Source of the DNA: Nitrospinales bacterium
Lineage (GTDB): Bacteria; Nitrospinota; Nitrospinia; Nitrospinales; VA-1
Assembly: GCA_965223795.1 (NCBI GenBank)
Contig: CBDCXL010000002.1
Coordinates: 992,001 to 1,056,000, forward strand
DNA: 64,000 bases
Direction of reading: 5' to 3'
Shown here one piece after another: positions 20,795-33,319 of the stretch. The notes below the pieces were generated by a model. That model had not been told where the DNA came from. It saw only the letters and a program-made list of their open reading frames with translations, and did not search any database. Each line of letters begins with the position of its first letter. Within the stretch, counting starts at the first letter, position 1. Position numbers and translations under genes: made by a program.

Positions 20795-21259
20795 TCAGTC
20801 GGGTGTGTTCACGCGGCTCGTGCGCGCATTCTGGGGCAGCAGGTGGTGGCGGGTGTCGTATTCCACGCTGGTCAGCACGAACTGGCGCGCGGTCTGGCTT
20901 TCCAGGTTGATCACCAGCGGGGCCACCAGGTTCGCCGTCATCTCCAGGTAATTTTCCGGGATGGTGACGATCACGCGGGTCTGCAGTTTGTGCTCCGGAC
21001 GGTGATGGATGGTCTTTTTTTCTTCTTCCGTCAATTTCACCACATAATCGGGAACGTACAGGAAGGGATCGGTGATCACGAACGCCAGACCCGGCGTGGT
21101 GAGCGACTGCATCCATTCGAGCGGACTGTCGATGTTGGGATCGAAAGGCAGAAAGGTGAAATTCTTTTCTTTTTCAAAGCCGTACAACCCTGCGGGAAAC
21201 TGGATGATGTCGGATGCTTCCAGTTCGAGGGGGCCAAACCGGGTGGTTTTGTAGATCAT
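20795..21259 (-). CDS. fliW: Flagellar assembly factor / CsrA antagonist FliW
   Basis: TTRFG...FPAGLYGFE, WMQS...LAFVITDP, TANLVAPLVIN. Confidence 0.92.
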   Translation of the reverse strand: MIYKTTRFGPLELEASDIIQFPAGLYGFEKEKNFTFLPFDPNIDSPLEWMQSLTTPGLAFVITDPFLYVPDYVVKLTEEEKKTIHHRPEHKLQTRVIVTIPENYLEMTANLVAPLVINLESQTARQFVLTSVEYDTRHHLLPQNARTSRVNTPD

Positions 21260-21495
21260 GGATCCAGGTTGTTCTTGACCAGTTGCGAGATCTGCCCCGG
21301 ATCGAATTCGACGGGGGCTGCGGCGGAACGGTTTTCCTGCTTGATTCTCAAAAACACTTCTTCTCGGTAGATTTTCGTCTCTCTGGGAGCCTCGATGCCC
21401 AGCCGGATGTTTTTCCCTTTTACATCTATAACGGTTATTTTCACTTCTTCATTAATCTTTATGCTTTCTCCGATTTTCCGAGTGAGGACGAGCAT
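21256..21495 (-). CDS. csrA: Carbon storage regulator CsrA
   Basis: MLVLTRKIGESIKI...IRLGIEAP...IYREEV; 4-nt overlap with fliW. Confidence 0.96.
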   Translation of the reverse strand: MLVLTRKIGESIKINEEVKITVIDVKGKNIRLGIEAPRETKIYREEVFLRIKQENRSAAAPVEFDPGQISQLVKNNLDP

Positions 21496-21676
21496 GGGTG
21501 GATTCCATTCCTTTTTTGGGGTCGGCGTGGCTTTCGGGGGAATTATAGCAGATTCGTTTGGCTGTCTATGATATTTTCTGGGTGAACGGGCTCCAGGGGT
21601 TATGGATTGACAGCCTGCGGCGGTTTGTGTTACTTTTCGCTCTTTCTTTCCGTAACCCATATCCTCTTGAAAACAG

Positions 21677-21745
<69 letters not shown>

Positions 21746-21752
<7 letters not shown>

Positions 21753-21939
21753 GCGTGCCGCTGGACCCCATGTTGCCGCACAATGGGTTTTCCGCCTTCC
21801 TGCCGTTCAGGGCCATATTAAAATCGATTCCGTCGCCCAAGCCCCCTCCTCCGCGGAGGGTGAATTTGCTCCCGCCGGGCAAGGTTCGTTTTGTCAGGCT
21901 CGAACATCCTCGGTAATTCCGCACCAGCGTGCCGCTGGA
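21746..21939 (+). repeat. 20-bp direct repeat of tRNA-Phe 3' end and flank
   Basis: CGCACCAGCGTGCCGCTGGA at 21746-21765 and 21920-21939. Confidence 0.85.
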
Positions 21940-22448
21940 TCCCCTATTTCGGGATGATGGGTTCCCGCCATTCTTTCAGAAAATGTCGTTTCGAAATCGT
22001 TTTCTTTTCCGAGGTCCGATCCTTCTGGAACAAAATATTCGGTAAAAGTGAAGCCACCGGGAATCGAGACGGCTCTGCAACAAACAGAACCCGCTTCTCG
22101 TGATGTTGAACTGCGCGCCTCACCCACTCCTTGTTTCGCCGTTTCCAAAACCCACATGCCGTCCGGTTCTTCTTCCAGGGAGAAGATCATGGAACGAAAA
22201 AACTTCCTTCGGTTCTTTGGTCTGCGAAAAATTTTATTTTCGGTTTTTTCAGGCTGGACATTCTTACAGGTTAAAAGTGTTTCATTAAAAGGGGTTTAAT
22301 TCCTGCTTAATAGAAATTTAATTTTGAGTTTGTATCATTTAACAATAAAAAAATTTTGCCTGAACTTACTTGAGACAAATGAGGCAAAAACTTGTATGGA
22401 ATCCGAATGAATCCAAGTTTCTATTCATTTTCTATTTGGAGGAAAACT

Positions 22449-23930
<1,482 letters not shown>

Positions 23931-23956
23931 GGTTTTCCAAAGCCGTTCGTTTTTCT

Positions 23957-23986
23957 GCCGGGCCCTTCGGGGCCCGGCTTTTTTTT
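23957..23986 (+). terminator. Rho-independent terminator
   Basis: GCCGGGCCC-TTCG-GGGCCCGGC then T8. Confidence 0.9.
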
Positions 23987-24037
23987 GTACTTCAGCGGAA
24001 TGATGTATTTGATGAAATTTTTAGCTGGGGAGGGAAG

Positions 24038-24325
24038 TCATTTGATCATGGCAGCGGTTTTTTCAAATGCATCGATAAAATCTTTCCAGGATTTTTCCAC
24101 GCCTTCCCGGCCTTCTTCCATATCCTGTCGAGCGGAAGTCTTGAGCCGGGCGAGGCGGTCCTCAAGATCCAGATACCGTTGCCGAAGTCGTTTCAGTTGG
24201 GGATTGAAACCGGTTTTCTTTTTTTCCGCTGTCAGGGCGGCTTTTTCTTCCAGCTCATCGATCTTCAGTCTCCATTCAGACAGTTTGGCCTCCATGGCCT
24301 GCAAGTTGTAGTTCTCTGAATTCAT
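24038..24325 (-). CDS. Small coiled-coil protein (sll1863-like stress protein)
   Basis: MEAKLSEW..KIDELE...GVEKSWKDF pattern. Confidence 0.65.
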   Translation of the reverse strand: MNSENYNLQAMEAKLSEWRLKIDELEEKAALTAEKKKTGFNPQLKRLRQRYLDLEDRLARLKTSARQDMEEGREGVEKSWKDFIDAFEKTAAMIK

Positions 24326-24410
24326 ATAAGGATCATTTAAGTTTTATCGTTTCGATTCTTTCATCCAGGCTCAACTTCTTTTTGAGGTGTGCCACTCCAT
24401 ATCCACAAGC

Positions 24411-24821
24411 TCACAGACCGGAACAATACACTTCAACCGGAGCGTCTGTCTTAATGGCGTTGATGATGAAGGCCCAGTCGTCCATCCGGACCGGTTTTCC
24501 ATTGAGCTTGGCAATGGAAAGGTTTTTCTTGAGATTGAACATTTTCATTCCCTTGGCTGGCACTTTTTCCCGGGCATAGGGCAGCCCACCCAACACGATC
24601 TGAATTTCGGCGGGATCGCCGTTTTTGTTTTTCACCACAAAATCGTTGGCGCAACTGACTCCGTCGCCTGATTTGACGCTTTTTCCTTGCAACATTTCCG
24701 CCTCTAAATTGAATTCCTTGTCCTCATAGGGATGACTCGCATGGGCCAGTCCCGCCAGAACCAAAAAATAGAAAGAAACGGTTGTGAAAAAGACGATGTG
24801 TTTTTTAGCCAGAATGAACAT
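24411..24821 (-). CDS. Secreted hypothetical protein
   Basis: RBS AAAGGAG, signal peptide ending AHA-S. Confidence 0.6.
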   Translation of the reverse strand: MFILAKKHIVFFTTVSFYFLVLAGLAHASHPYEDKEFNLEAEMLQGKSVKSGDGVSCANDFVVKNKNGDPAEIQIVLGGLPYAREKVPAKGMKMFNLKKNLSIAKLNGKPVRMDDWAFIINAIKTDAPVEVYCSGL

Positions 24822-24889
24822 GATGATGACTCCTTTCTATTGAACTAAATGGGACTGATAAAAATGCTATTATCCAAACAGGAGCGGCC

Positions 24890-26377
24890 TCAGAAGGCCA
24901 CATCCAGGTCCTTGTAATCGAACTGGTAACGCAGAAGTTTTTTCGAGCCATCAGCAGCACGCAAATGGGTTTCCACCAAACGGGCTCCGCCTTCGAAGGC
25001 GTTTTTCACAGCCGCCTGCATTTCACTCCAGCTATCCACCTGGCCGCTGAGATACGCCTTGCCGTCTTCGACGGAAACAAAAATGTCATCTCCATCCACA
25101 TACACGCTCCAGAAATATTCATCTTCAATGTTTTCCCTGATTTCTTCATCGCTTTTGAAAGGCCAGGATTTTTGGATGCTGAGCTGGTTGTTGATCTCCG
25201 CCACTCCGGAAATTCTGGAAACCACATCTTCCACCCGTTTTTTATCGAAGGCGTTATCCACGACGCCGTACAAATTGGCTTTTTTGTTCCGCACGATCAC
25301 GTTGATTTTGTATCGATCGATGAAAGGGTGAAACGCCAGCGCATCTTTGATGTGTTGAGTGAGATCCGTATCCTTCGAATTTTCTTTTGGGCGCACCTTC
25401 AGTTTGTTTATAACTTCTCTCACGCCGGTGGTGAGCCTCGCATCCCTCTCCGCGGATTTTTTGGCTCTCACGTTGTCCACCACGCCTTTCAAGGTGACAA
25501 CGCCGCGATCTACATTCACTTCGATGTCAAAGGGGTTGACCCGGCTGTCCAGCAGAAAGGCTTCCTGAATGGACGATTGGACCTGATCATCTGTTTTCAA
25601 TTCCACCGCTCTGGGCGCATTGATATTCCGAGCCATTCCGGGGTTGACCTGCAGGTTGGAATTGTCCACCTTTTTCACTCCGGCCACCCATGCCAGAAGA
25701 CCCGCCCGTTGTTTTTCGGCCAGGCTGCTGACCGAACCCTCCAACGTCACATTTCCATTTTCGACGCTGACGCGGATCAGAGACTGGTATATTTCAACAT
25801 TGGATTCCAGCCTTCTCTGGATGTCCGCCTGGATTTCATCATCCGGACGGTTGGCCTTGTATTTGAATTCGATCTGATTGCTCACCGCACGGACACCGAC
25901 AACGCCGCGCGCGACCTCGCCGGCCAGTTGTTTTTCCTGCCAGGAGTCCACTTCCCCTTTGAGGATGACCCGGCCGGAATCCACTTCCACGTCCACTTCT
26001 TTTTTGTCCACCGCGGGATCCCAGACCATCGCCTTTTGGATGTCATTTTTGATCTCTTCATCGTCCCGTTGCACTGGAACGACTTCGATTTTATCGATGA
26101 TGGAGCGCACACCCCGGATATTCTGGGCAATGAGTATCGCCCGTTCTTTTGCCAGCAAATTGTCCACCGACCCGGACAGGGCGACGATTCCGCGATTCAC
26201 CGATACATCGATCAGGTGAGAGGAAACACCCTCGTCAACGTACAAATCCGATTCGATGGCAACGGTGATTTTTTCATCGGTAAAATCCTGATCGAAAAGA
26301 GCGGACGCAGAAGCAGGCCACAACCCAAAGAAAACCAGCATCATGAAAATCGCTTGCAAACGGTTCTTCAAACTCAT
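24890..26377 (-). CDS. Multi-BON domain periplasmic protein (about 6 BON)
   Basis: Signal peptide; repeated D..I...I.V.V..G.V.L.G.V....K......GV..V.N.L units. Confidence 0.9.
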   Translation of the reverse strand: MSLKNRLQAIFMMLVFFGLWPASASALFDQDFTDEKITVAIESDLYVDEGVSSHLIDVSVNRGIVALSGSVDNLLAKERAILIAQNIRGVRSIIDKIEVVPVQRDDEEIKNDIQKAMVWDPAVDKKEVDVEVDSGRVILKGEVDSWQEKQLAGEVARGVVGVRAVSNQIEFKYKANRPDDEIQADIQRRLESNVEIYQSLIRVSVENGNVTLEGSVSSLAEKQRAGLLAWVAGVKKVDNSNLQVNPGMARNINAPRAVELKTDDQVQSSIQEAFLLDSRVNPFDIEVNVDRGVVTLKGVVDNVRAKKSAERDARLTTGVREVINKLKVRPKENSKDTDLTQHIKDALAFHPFIDRYKINVIVRNKKANLYGVVDNAFDKKRVEDVVSRISGVAEINNQLSIQKSWPFKSDEEIRENIEDEYFWSVYVDGDDIFVSVEDGKAYLSGQVDSWSEMQAAVKNAFEGGARLVETHLRAADGSKKLLRYQFDYKDLDVAF

Positions 26378-27031
26378 AGACACCCCTTGTTGTTATTTGT
26401 TTATTTCGATTTGCTCCTTGTGCCGCTGAAGGAAGCTTTGATCCTTATTTTTTGCTTTTTGCCAAAAAGTTGGAGGACGTCATTGCGGCATGAACCCTTT
26501 CGTCTATCCATCCCGGATGTGCCTCGGTACCGAATTCTTTCCGGAAATCATTTTCAAATTCTTCCCGCAGAAATTCCTGGATCAGGACCCTCTTTTGCGT
26601 TTTTGAGATGAAGCCGTCAACCATCCTTGCTGAGATCTCTTTATTCAAACCGTTTTTCATGTCACGCTCCCTGATTGAAAAAAACTTCAGACTCACTGAC
26701 AAAGGTTGAAAGTGGGTGGCTCACCCCCCTGTTCCCATTCGGATTGATACCTGAACCCATACAAAATCCGTTCCTAATTATGGACACCGCCCAGTTCTCT
26801 TATTTTCAACAAATTGCCTGAATTTCTTCGCGCATGCGGATTTGCGGAAAAGGGCAAATCCCCCAGGCAAATGGTTGAATTCCCCTGATCGCCTTTAGGG
26901 GCAAAGGAGGACGCACGTTGGTGGGGATTTCCCCCAAAAAGGTGGATATCCACCACAAAATTCCTTGATAAACGTTTTCCAAAATGAAAATTTTAGGGAA
27001 AGGAGTTCTCTCACCCGGGAATCCGGAGTTT

Positions 27032-27069
27032 AAAGAAAAAAGCGGATCATTCGATCCGCTTTTTTCTTT
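27032..27069. terminator. Bidirectional terminator-like hairpin
   Basis: AAAGAAAAAAGCGGATC-ATTC-GATCCGCTTTTTTCTTT perfect inverted repeat downstream of the TPR gene. Confidence 0.85.
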
Positions 27070-27103
27070 TAGCCGCTTAAAAATCAGATGGTTGAAAATA
27101 TAT

Positions 27104-27517
27104 TCATTTCAGGTGGGCTTTCAAAATGGGGGATTCCACGATCAGGGGATTGCCCTGGGCATGATCCTTGGCCTGCTGAAACCGGAGCGTTGCTTTTTTG
27201 TGCATTCCCAGTTTATCCAGGGTCACCGCCTCGTTGAATAAAACGACTGCGGTGTTTGGCTTGAGTTTGAGGGCCGCTTGAAAATGCTTTAAAGCCTTTT
27301 CATAGTTCAATTTAAGGTACTCTTCCGTTCCTTCCTGATTGTGTTTCATCACTTGCGCGTCGGTCCCTTCCGGGAGGGGCAGCGGCCCTTCTCCAGCCTT
27401 GAATCCAAAGGGATGTTTACCAGTATCGACCGCATGAGGGCTTTGGTCTGATAGTACCGATTGCGGGAGAATCAACATGGAAATGATGAAGATCAGTAAT
27501 GAAAATCGTTTAGCCAT
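27104..27517 (-). CDS. Secreted TPR protein
   Basis: Signal peptide; HNQEG..Y....YEKALKHFQAALKLKPN..VLFN. Confidence 0.75.
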   Translation of the reverse strand: MAKRFSLLIFIISMLILPQSVLSDQSPHAVDTGKHPFGFKAGEGPLPLPEGTDAQVMKHNQEGTEEYLKLNYEKALKHFQAALKLKPNTAVVLFNEAVTLDKLGMHKKATLRFQQAKDHAQGNPLIVESPILKAHLK

Positions 27518-27813
27518 ACCATGCTCCTTTCCTGAAAATCGAAAGACTTCAGTTTCAACTGCACACTTTACAAAGACAAGAGCAAAAATTATGCCGAAGC
27601 AGGATAACGACCCGGAAATCTGTTTTTTCCCGCAAGATCCCTCCCAATCATTTTTTTCAGAAGTCCCGGAAAAACGATCTTCACGTGAACGTTTTCCAGT
27701 CAGCGGCTTTTCATCTGAAAACATGGAACCGGTTTTGCATATTAAATTGGCAAAGCATTTTTTTTATCCGGATGAAACGCTCTTCGTTTCTTTTAACTTT
27801 GAGGAAGGTATCC

Positions 27814-29324
27814 ATGTCGATCGCATTTTCAAAAAAAATCTCTTCGGGTCTCCGAAGGCTCATGTATGTATTTTGCCTGTTTGCTTTTGTGGGATTCCTG
27901 TTTCCTCATACCGGGACGGCCGCTCTCATTCCGCCCTCGGACGAACAGATCACCGGGGCAATAGAAAGGAGCCTGACGGTCCGGGTTGGAGGAGACACGT
28001 CGATGATTCAGGTCAAAACGCAAGACGGCATTGTGACGCTTTCGGGAATCGCGGACGATTTGATGGCCCGGGAACGGGTTGTGGATATCGCCCAAACCAT
28101 TCAGGGTGTTCGCAGCGTCGTGGACAATCTGCATCTGGCGGGTCTGGACCGTCCGGATCCGGAAATCTTGAAGGCCCTGAAAAAAGCTGTGCAGCAGGAC
28201 CTTGTCCTGGAGGGGTATTCCATCCAGGCCGATGTGAAAGATGGGATCGCGGTTTTGCAGGGAAGGGTGGAAACTCATCAGGAAAAAGAGCTGGCCAGCG
28301 ACGTGGCCAAAGCCATCCAGGGTGTCCGGGCGGTGAACAATGACCTTGAGGTGGAACAGAAATGGCAACGTTCCGACTCGGAAATTCAGGCGGAGATCGA
28401 ACGCCGCCTGCAATCGAATGTGTGGATTTTCGAAGAAGGCATCACCGTCCGGGTTCGGGAAGGCACTGTGTTTCTTGATGGAACGGTGGCAAGCGAAGCG
28501 GAAAGAAAACGGGTTCTTGCAGTCACTCAAACCAAAGGAGTTCGCGAAGTGGATGATCGCGAACTGAAAATCAACACCTGGATCCGCGGTGAAGATCTGC
28601 GACGAACCAAACCGGTTTCCCTGGATGACGATGCCATTCAGGAGGCGGTGACCGATGCCCTCGCTCTCGATCCCCGAATCGAATCTGATTCGATTCAGGT
28701 GCGAGTGGAGGAAGGCCTCGTCTATCTAAATGGAACGGTGGAGCATTATCTGGAAAAATTCGCCGCAGAAGAGGACGCTTCGAATACCGTGGGTGTCAAA
28801 CGCACCATCAATGGTATTCAGGTAAAGCTGAAAGAGTCGCGGCGCTCGGATTCGGTGATCCGCCACGCCGCCGAAATGGCCCTTGCCAATCATCCGGTGA
28901 CGGAGGGGCTTCAACCCAAGATACAGGTGCAAGATAAAAACGTGGCGGTGGAGGGTGAAGTCCGCACTCTTTACGAAAAAGCCTGGGTGGAACGGATCAT
29001 CTCCCGGATTCCGGAAGTGCAGACCATCGAAAACCGACTGAACGTCCAGTCCTCCTGGCCTAAAAAAACGGATGAAGCCATCGCGAGGATATCGAAAACC
29101 TGATGAATTGGAGCGTGTATGTGGATGGAGGGAACTATTCCGTTTCCGTGAGGGAAGGCATTGCTGTTTTGAATGGAAAGGCAAGCGACTGGAAAGAAGT
29201 GCAGCAGGTTGTCAAAAAAGCATTTCAGGGCGGTGCACGAAAGGTAATGACAAACCTCACTCTGGAACAGGGCAGACCGGTGAAGCATGAATTCGAATAT
29301 CGGGATATTCGCCTGGGTCTGTGA
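27814..29324 (+). pseudogene. Multi-BON domain protein with frameshift near 29085
   Basis: Paralog of 24890-26377; frame stops at 29103 while the last BON (EDIENLMNWSVYVDG...) continues in another frame to 29324. Confidence 0.75.
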
Positions 29325-29373
29325 TGGCCGTTCGTGGAGAGCAACTTTCATCTGCTCTCCGCCTGCAGCCGAC

Positions 29374-32340
29374 TCAACGGTTGGGATTGTTTGCCATTTT
29401 GATCCCTTCCGGAAAATGCGGTTGCGGCCGAAGCGCTTTGAGAACAAAATCGACTCCCTGCACGAGTGAACCGGAACCTTGAACGTTCACTTTGCGGTTT
29501 GCGGTGGACTGCATCTGCAACCGTCTTGCCTGTTGCGGAGAAACGCGCACGAGATAGGTTCCGGGTGGAATTTTTTCAAAGAGATAAAATCCGTCGAATT
29601 CGGTTTTCACTTCCTGCACCACTTCATGAGGCTCATCCCTCGCGGGAAATTCCAACGATGAAATCTGCTTGCGGGAAAATGCAGACCGTGATGGGTCTTC
29701 TGCACGGGAGCCGAAAATCAGGAAGGAACGGTTGAAATCTCTCATCCGGGTCACTCGTCCTTCTGAATCGATGTAGTGACGGTCGAGGTATTGCCGCAAT
29801 CGCCGCACGAGTTTCATCTTGAACGCATCGGTGCTGCGCAGAAGCTGCATCGTTACATTCGACACCGGAGTTTCCCTTCCCCCCTTATTCAGAAGCACGG
29901 TGCCCTCGATTTCACCTGTGGTGTAGACGGGGAAATCAAGCTGAATGGTTCGTCCCGGCCGGGGAACAAACCGGTACCCCGCATTGGGCAAAACCCAGAA
30001 TGGATCTTCCAGTGAAGCGGCGTCGACGGACAGGGACAGGGGCCGGAAGCTGCCGAGCCCGGGCAGAAACGCCACACCGTCCTTTCCGGTTTTGAGATTC
30101 CGGTTTCTTCCCTTGAAGCTGACGTTTTCCAGAGGTTCGTCTCCCTTGTCGAAGGTCTCGTTCTGGTTGTTGTCGAGAAACACCCGTGCGGACGCGGCGC
30201 CGCTGGTGGCCATCCGGTCCGCCAGCACCACCCATCGCTTGTGACGCGGCTCCCGCCCCAGGCTGAACGTGATCGAGGTCCCGGCCGTGTAGGTTCCATC
30301 GTCCGAAACCGTGCCATTCAGCCCCAGGGCGAAGGATTCGAACCGCCGGTTGATGCCCGCGTTGTACCGGGTCGTTTGGCTTGAATTGAGCTGCCGGTTG
30401 ACGCCCAGGCGTGCGCTGAAATTCCGCGACAGGTAATAATCGCCGGTGACGGAAGTGCTGTCCAATTCCAGGTCCGGCTGAAAGTCGTAAGCCAGCGTCC
30501 CGCGCAGAACGAATTTGCTCACGCGGCCGCTGGCCAGCACGAAACCGTCTCCGCGGGATTGAGATCGAAACCCGCCGCCCTGGGCGTGCTGCCAGTTGAG
30601 CGTGTTTGAAAGTGAAATTCCGGTGAACAGCGTCGAAAGCCGGTTGGACACGCGATACTGAAGCCGGTCCGATTGCCTTTCTTCGATTTCACCGCGCAGG
30701 GACCAGGGGATTCTGGGAAATATATTCCATTCGGGAAGCGTCCCGTCCACACGCAGTTCGGATTCACTGGCGATCGCGTCGGATAAATCCTGAAAGCGTT
30801 CGTTGACATAGTCCACAAAGCGGCTGTGTTGCGCGAAAAGATGGAGTCCTCCTAGTTCGGTCTGCAGGGCGACCTGACCCGCGGTTCCTCCGGCATCGTT
30901 TTTCGTGATATCCAGGCGAGTGAACATGCCCCACAAAGACCCCCGGATTCCCAGCGATGCGAAATGACGCCGTCCCCGTTTGAGTCGCAGGCTGGCGAAA
31001 TTGGCGGCGAGGGAAAAACGGCGATGCGCGCCGATCTCGTATTCGAAATAGTAGCGCCCCTGTCCGTCTCCCGTTTCCGGGAATGTCCGCCCTTCCCCCA
31101 CTTCGAACAGATCGCGGTTCTTGAAATTCGCGGCCGCGCGAAAATACTGCTTACCGGGTTGAGCCTGCCCCTGCCCGACAGGCAGCCGCAGCACCTGTTC
31201 CCGCTTTTGTCCCTGCGGCCCGTAAAGCACCAGCCGCAGGAAGTTGTTGCCGAAAAGCAGCGGCACATCGGCAAACTCATAACGTCCGTCTGCGTTTGCG
31301 GCAACCTGGGAATCGATGAGCGTGTCGTTCCGGTACAGCTCGACTTCCCAGCCTAAAGGCAGCTCGCCTCGCAGATTGATGCGATCGAATTCCCGTTGCT
31401 GGAACAGCGGGAAACTGGAAATTTCCAGACCGGCGCCCGATCCGCTGCGGGAAATGAGCGGCAATTGCGGGCTGAACACATCTCCCAATGCAAACTCCGT
31501 TGCGTTCAGAGGCCCCAGCAGACCTGCGTCCGGATTTTTCCGGCCCAGCTTGACTCTCAGGTCGGAAAGCGGATCTTCGCCGCTGCCCGAAAGAAAGGCT
31601 TCGGCATTCATGAAAAGCAGATCTCCGCTGATCAGGCTGTTGTATTGCGAACGGGTTTTCGATTCGGAATCGTTTTCATAATCAAAATTGTAAACCGTGT
31701 CGATGGCGGGCCAGTCGAGGAGGCGGTAGGGGTCGTCGCGCACCGGGTAGCCGGCATCGGGCGGGAAAGCGCGGTGGTTCAGTTTGTCGCGCAGCTTGCC
31801 GCGATTCAGCTTCGCCTGAAAGGGAAGTGTCTCGCGCGGCTTGACGTCGAGGGACAACTGCGACAGATCGAATTTAAAATCGAGGGGGAACCAGCGGGAA
31901 AGCAGCGCGTCCTGCACGAAAATTTCAAGATCGCGGATGAACACGTGGTCCGGAGTGAAGCGATGGGCGCTGCCTTCGACCACGGCGGTGCGCTGCGGGA
32001 CGGAGAGGGAAAACCGGCGGCTCTCGGCAAGGAACCAGCCATCCGCGGTTCCGGAATCCGGATTCACGTTGATGGCGAGATCGAGGATGGCGGCCAGTTC
32101 GCCCAGCGGCAGGTATACCTTTCCGGCATGGAGATAGCCCAGCAAGCCGTCGTGCAGCAGGTAACGCCCGAACGTCACCTGCAGGACCAAAAGCTCCGGT
32201 TCGGATTGGGAAAAAACAGAATTTTCTTCTTGGTGAGGAAGCGTCTGAGCGACTTCCAGGCTTTGAGCAGAAACGGAAACAACGGAAGAGATTCCAATGA
32301 AGACGGCTGCAAAAAGCTTTAATGCGGCCGCACGTTTCAT
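29374..32340 (-). CDS. Fimbrial usher-like outer-membrane protein
   Basis: Signal peptide; WEVELYRND.LID, YEFADVPL.FG.N..RLVLYGPQG, C-terminal RVFLDNNQN..FD and carboxypeptidase-regulatory-like domains. Confidence 0.8.
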   Translation of the reverse strand: MKRAAALKLFAAVFIGISSVVSVSAQSLEVAQTLPHQEENSVFSQSEPELLVLQVTFGRYLLHDGLLGYLHAGKVYLPLGELAAILDLAINVNPDSGTADGWFLAESRRFSLSVPQRTAVVEGSAHRFTPDHVFIRDLEIFVQDALLSRWFPLDFKFDLSQLSLDVKPRETLPFQAKLNRGKLRDKLNHRAFPPDAGYPVRDDPYRLLDWPAIDTVYNFDYENDSESKTRSQYNSLISGDLLFMNAEAFLSGSGEDPLSDLRVKLGRKNPDAGLLGPLNATEFALGDVFSPQLPLISRSGSGAGLEISSFPLFQQREFDRINLRGELPLGWEVELYRNDTLIDSQVAANADGRYEFADVPLLFGNNFLRLVLYGPQGQKREQVLRLPVGQGQAQPGKQYFRAAANFKNRDLFEVGEGRTFPETGDGQGRYYFEYEIGAHRRFSLAANFASLRLKRGRRHFASLGIRGSLWGMFTRLDITKNDAGGTAGQVALQTELGGLHLFAQHSRFVDYVNERFQDLSDAIASESELRVDGTLPEWNIFPRIPWSLRGEIEERQSDRLQYRVSNRLSTLFTGISLSNTLNWQHAQGGGFRSQSRGDGFVLASGRVSKFVLRGTLAYDFQPDLELDSTSVTGDYYLSRNFSARLGVNRQLNSSQTTRYNAGINRRFESFALGLNGTVSDDGTYTAGTSITFSLGREPRHKRWVVLADRMATSGAASARVFLDNNQNETFDKGDEPLENVSFKGRNRNLKTGKDGVAFLPGLGSFRPLSLSVDAASLEDPFWVLPNAGYRFVPRPGRTIQLDFPVYTTGEIEGTVLLNKGGRETPVSNVTMQLLRSTDAFKMKLVRRLRQYLDRHYIDSEGRVTRMRDFNRSFLIFGSRAEDPSRSAFSRKQISSLEFPARDEPHEVVQEVKTEFDGFYLFEKIPPGTYLVRVSPQQARRLQMQSTANRKVNVQGSGSLVQGVDFVLKALRPQPHFPEGIKMANNPNR

Positions 32341-32363
32341 TGCAAGAACGAGCGATCAGACCA

Positions 32364-33227
32364 TCAGGGTAAATTCAGACTCGCTTTCGCCAGCAATTGC
32401 CCCCCCTGCTCTTCTTTTGCGCGGTATAGAACATGGATCTTTCCATCTTTTATCTTTCGTCCCTTGGGAAAAAGTGGGACTCTCACCTTTTTTGTTTTGA
32501 GCGGAGACAGCACGCCGATCCCCTTTCCCGTGCCGATTTCAAATCCTTTTTTGCTCCCGGAAGGCTGGAAATACACTTTCAAATCTCCATAAACCGAACG
32601 GTCGCCAAAACGGTTCAGGTGGATTGCCATCAAGGATTGTTTGTTTGAACTTGAAACCGACTCAATCCCCAGGTCGCTGATTTTGACCTTGGCGGACAAC
32701 GCTCCCTGACGCACGATGACGGGGATCGATACCGCGTATCTCGGAATCAACCGAAGGGCGATTTCTCTTTCCTTGAGATCCAGAGTTTCGATGTCGGTGC
32801 CCGCATCCTTGGGAGGGAGCGATTGAAAGAAAATGTGCGAGCGGTATTCACCGGGAGGAAGGTCTTTGGGTTTGCGAACCAGGAACCGGACGGTTTGCGA
32901 GCCGCCAGGAGGAATGGTGATTTGCCTCGGCGAATAGCGGATCATGTGGTCCGCAAACCTTTCTCCCGGACCGGGAGATGTGATTTCTTCGATTTCTCCG
33001 TTTTCATGCAGTCGCAGGTTGCGGATGGTGACGCGGTAGGTGGCTGGTTTTGCGGAGTTGTTGAAGAGAAACACTTCCTGCGACCGTTTCCTGTTCTCAA
33101 AGACAATCCGTTTGGGACTGACCGCAATGCCTCCCATGCTTTGCGCTGAAAGCAAGGGAACACGTACAAAAATCAAAAGGATCACAGTTAGCACCCAAAC
33201 GGTTGCAATCTTTGTTTTTTTCATCAT
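32364..33227 (-). CDS. Fimbrial periplasmic chaperone
   Basis: VSPKRIVFE, IRYSPRQITIPPGGSQTVR, LPPGEYRSH, SIPVIVR, GDRSVYG. Confidence 0.88.
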   Translation of the reverse strand: MMKKTKIATVWVLTVILLIFVRVPLLSAQSMGGIAVSPKRIVFENRKRSQEVFLFNNSAKPATYRVTIRNLRLHENGEIEEITSPGPGERFADHMIRYSPRQITIPPGGSQTVRFLVRKPKDLPPGEYRSHIFFQSLPPKDAGTDIETLDLKEREIALRLIPRYAVSIPVIVRQGALSAKVKISDLGIESVSSSNKQSLMAIHLNRFGDRSVYGDLKVYFQPSGSKKGFEIGTGKGIGVLSPLKTKKVRVPLFPKGRKIKDGKIHVLYRAKEEQGGQLLAKASLNLP

Positions 33228-33319
33228 GGATTCAGAAGTGCATACTCGTGAAAGGGAAAACCAGGGAGGGTCTTGAAAGTTTGGAAGTTCAAAACCACCC
33301 CTGATTCAACCAATTTAAA

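Noticed and set aside
26445..26956. Short ORFs between the BON and TPR genes
   Set aside because: No recognisable motifs or clear RBS; left uncalled.
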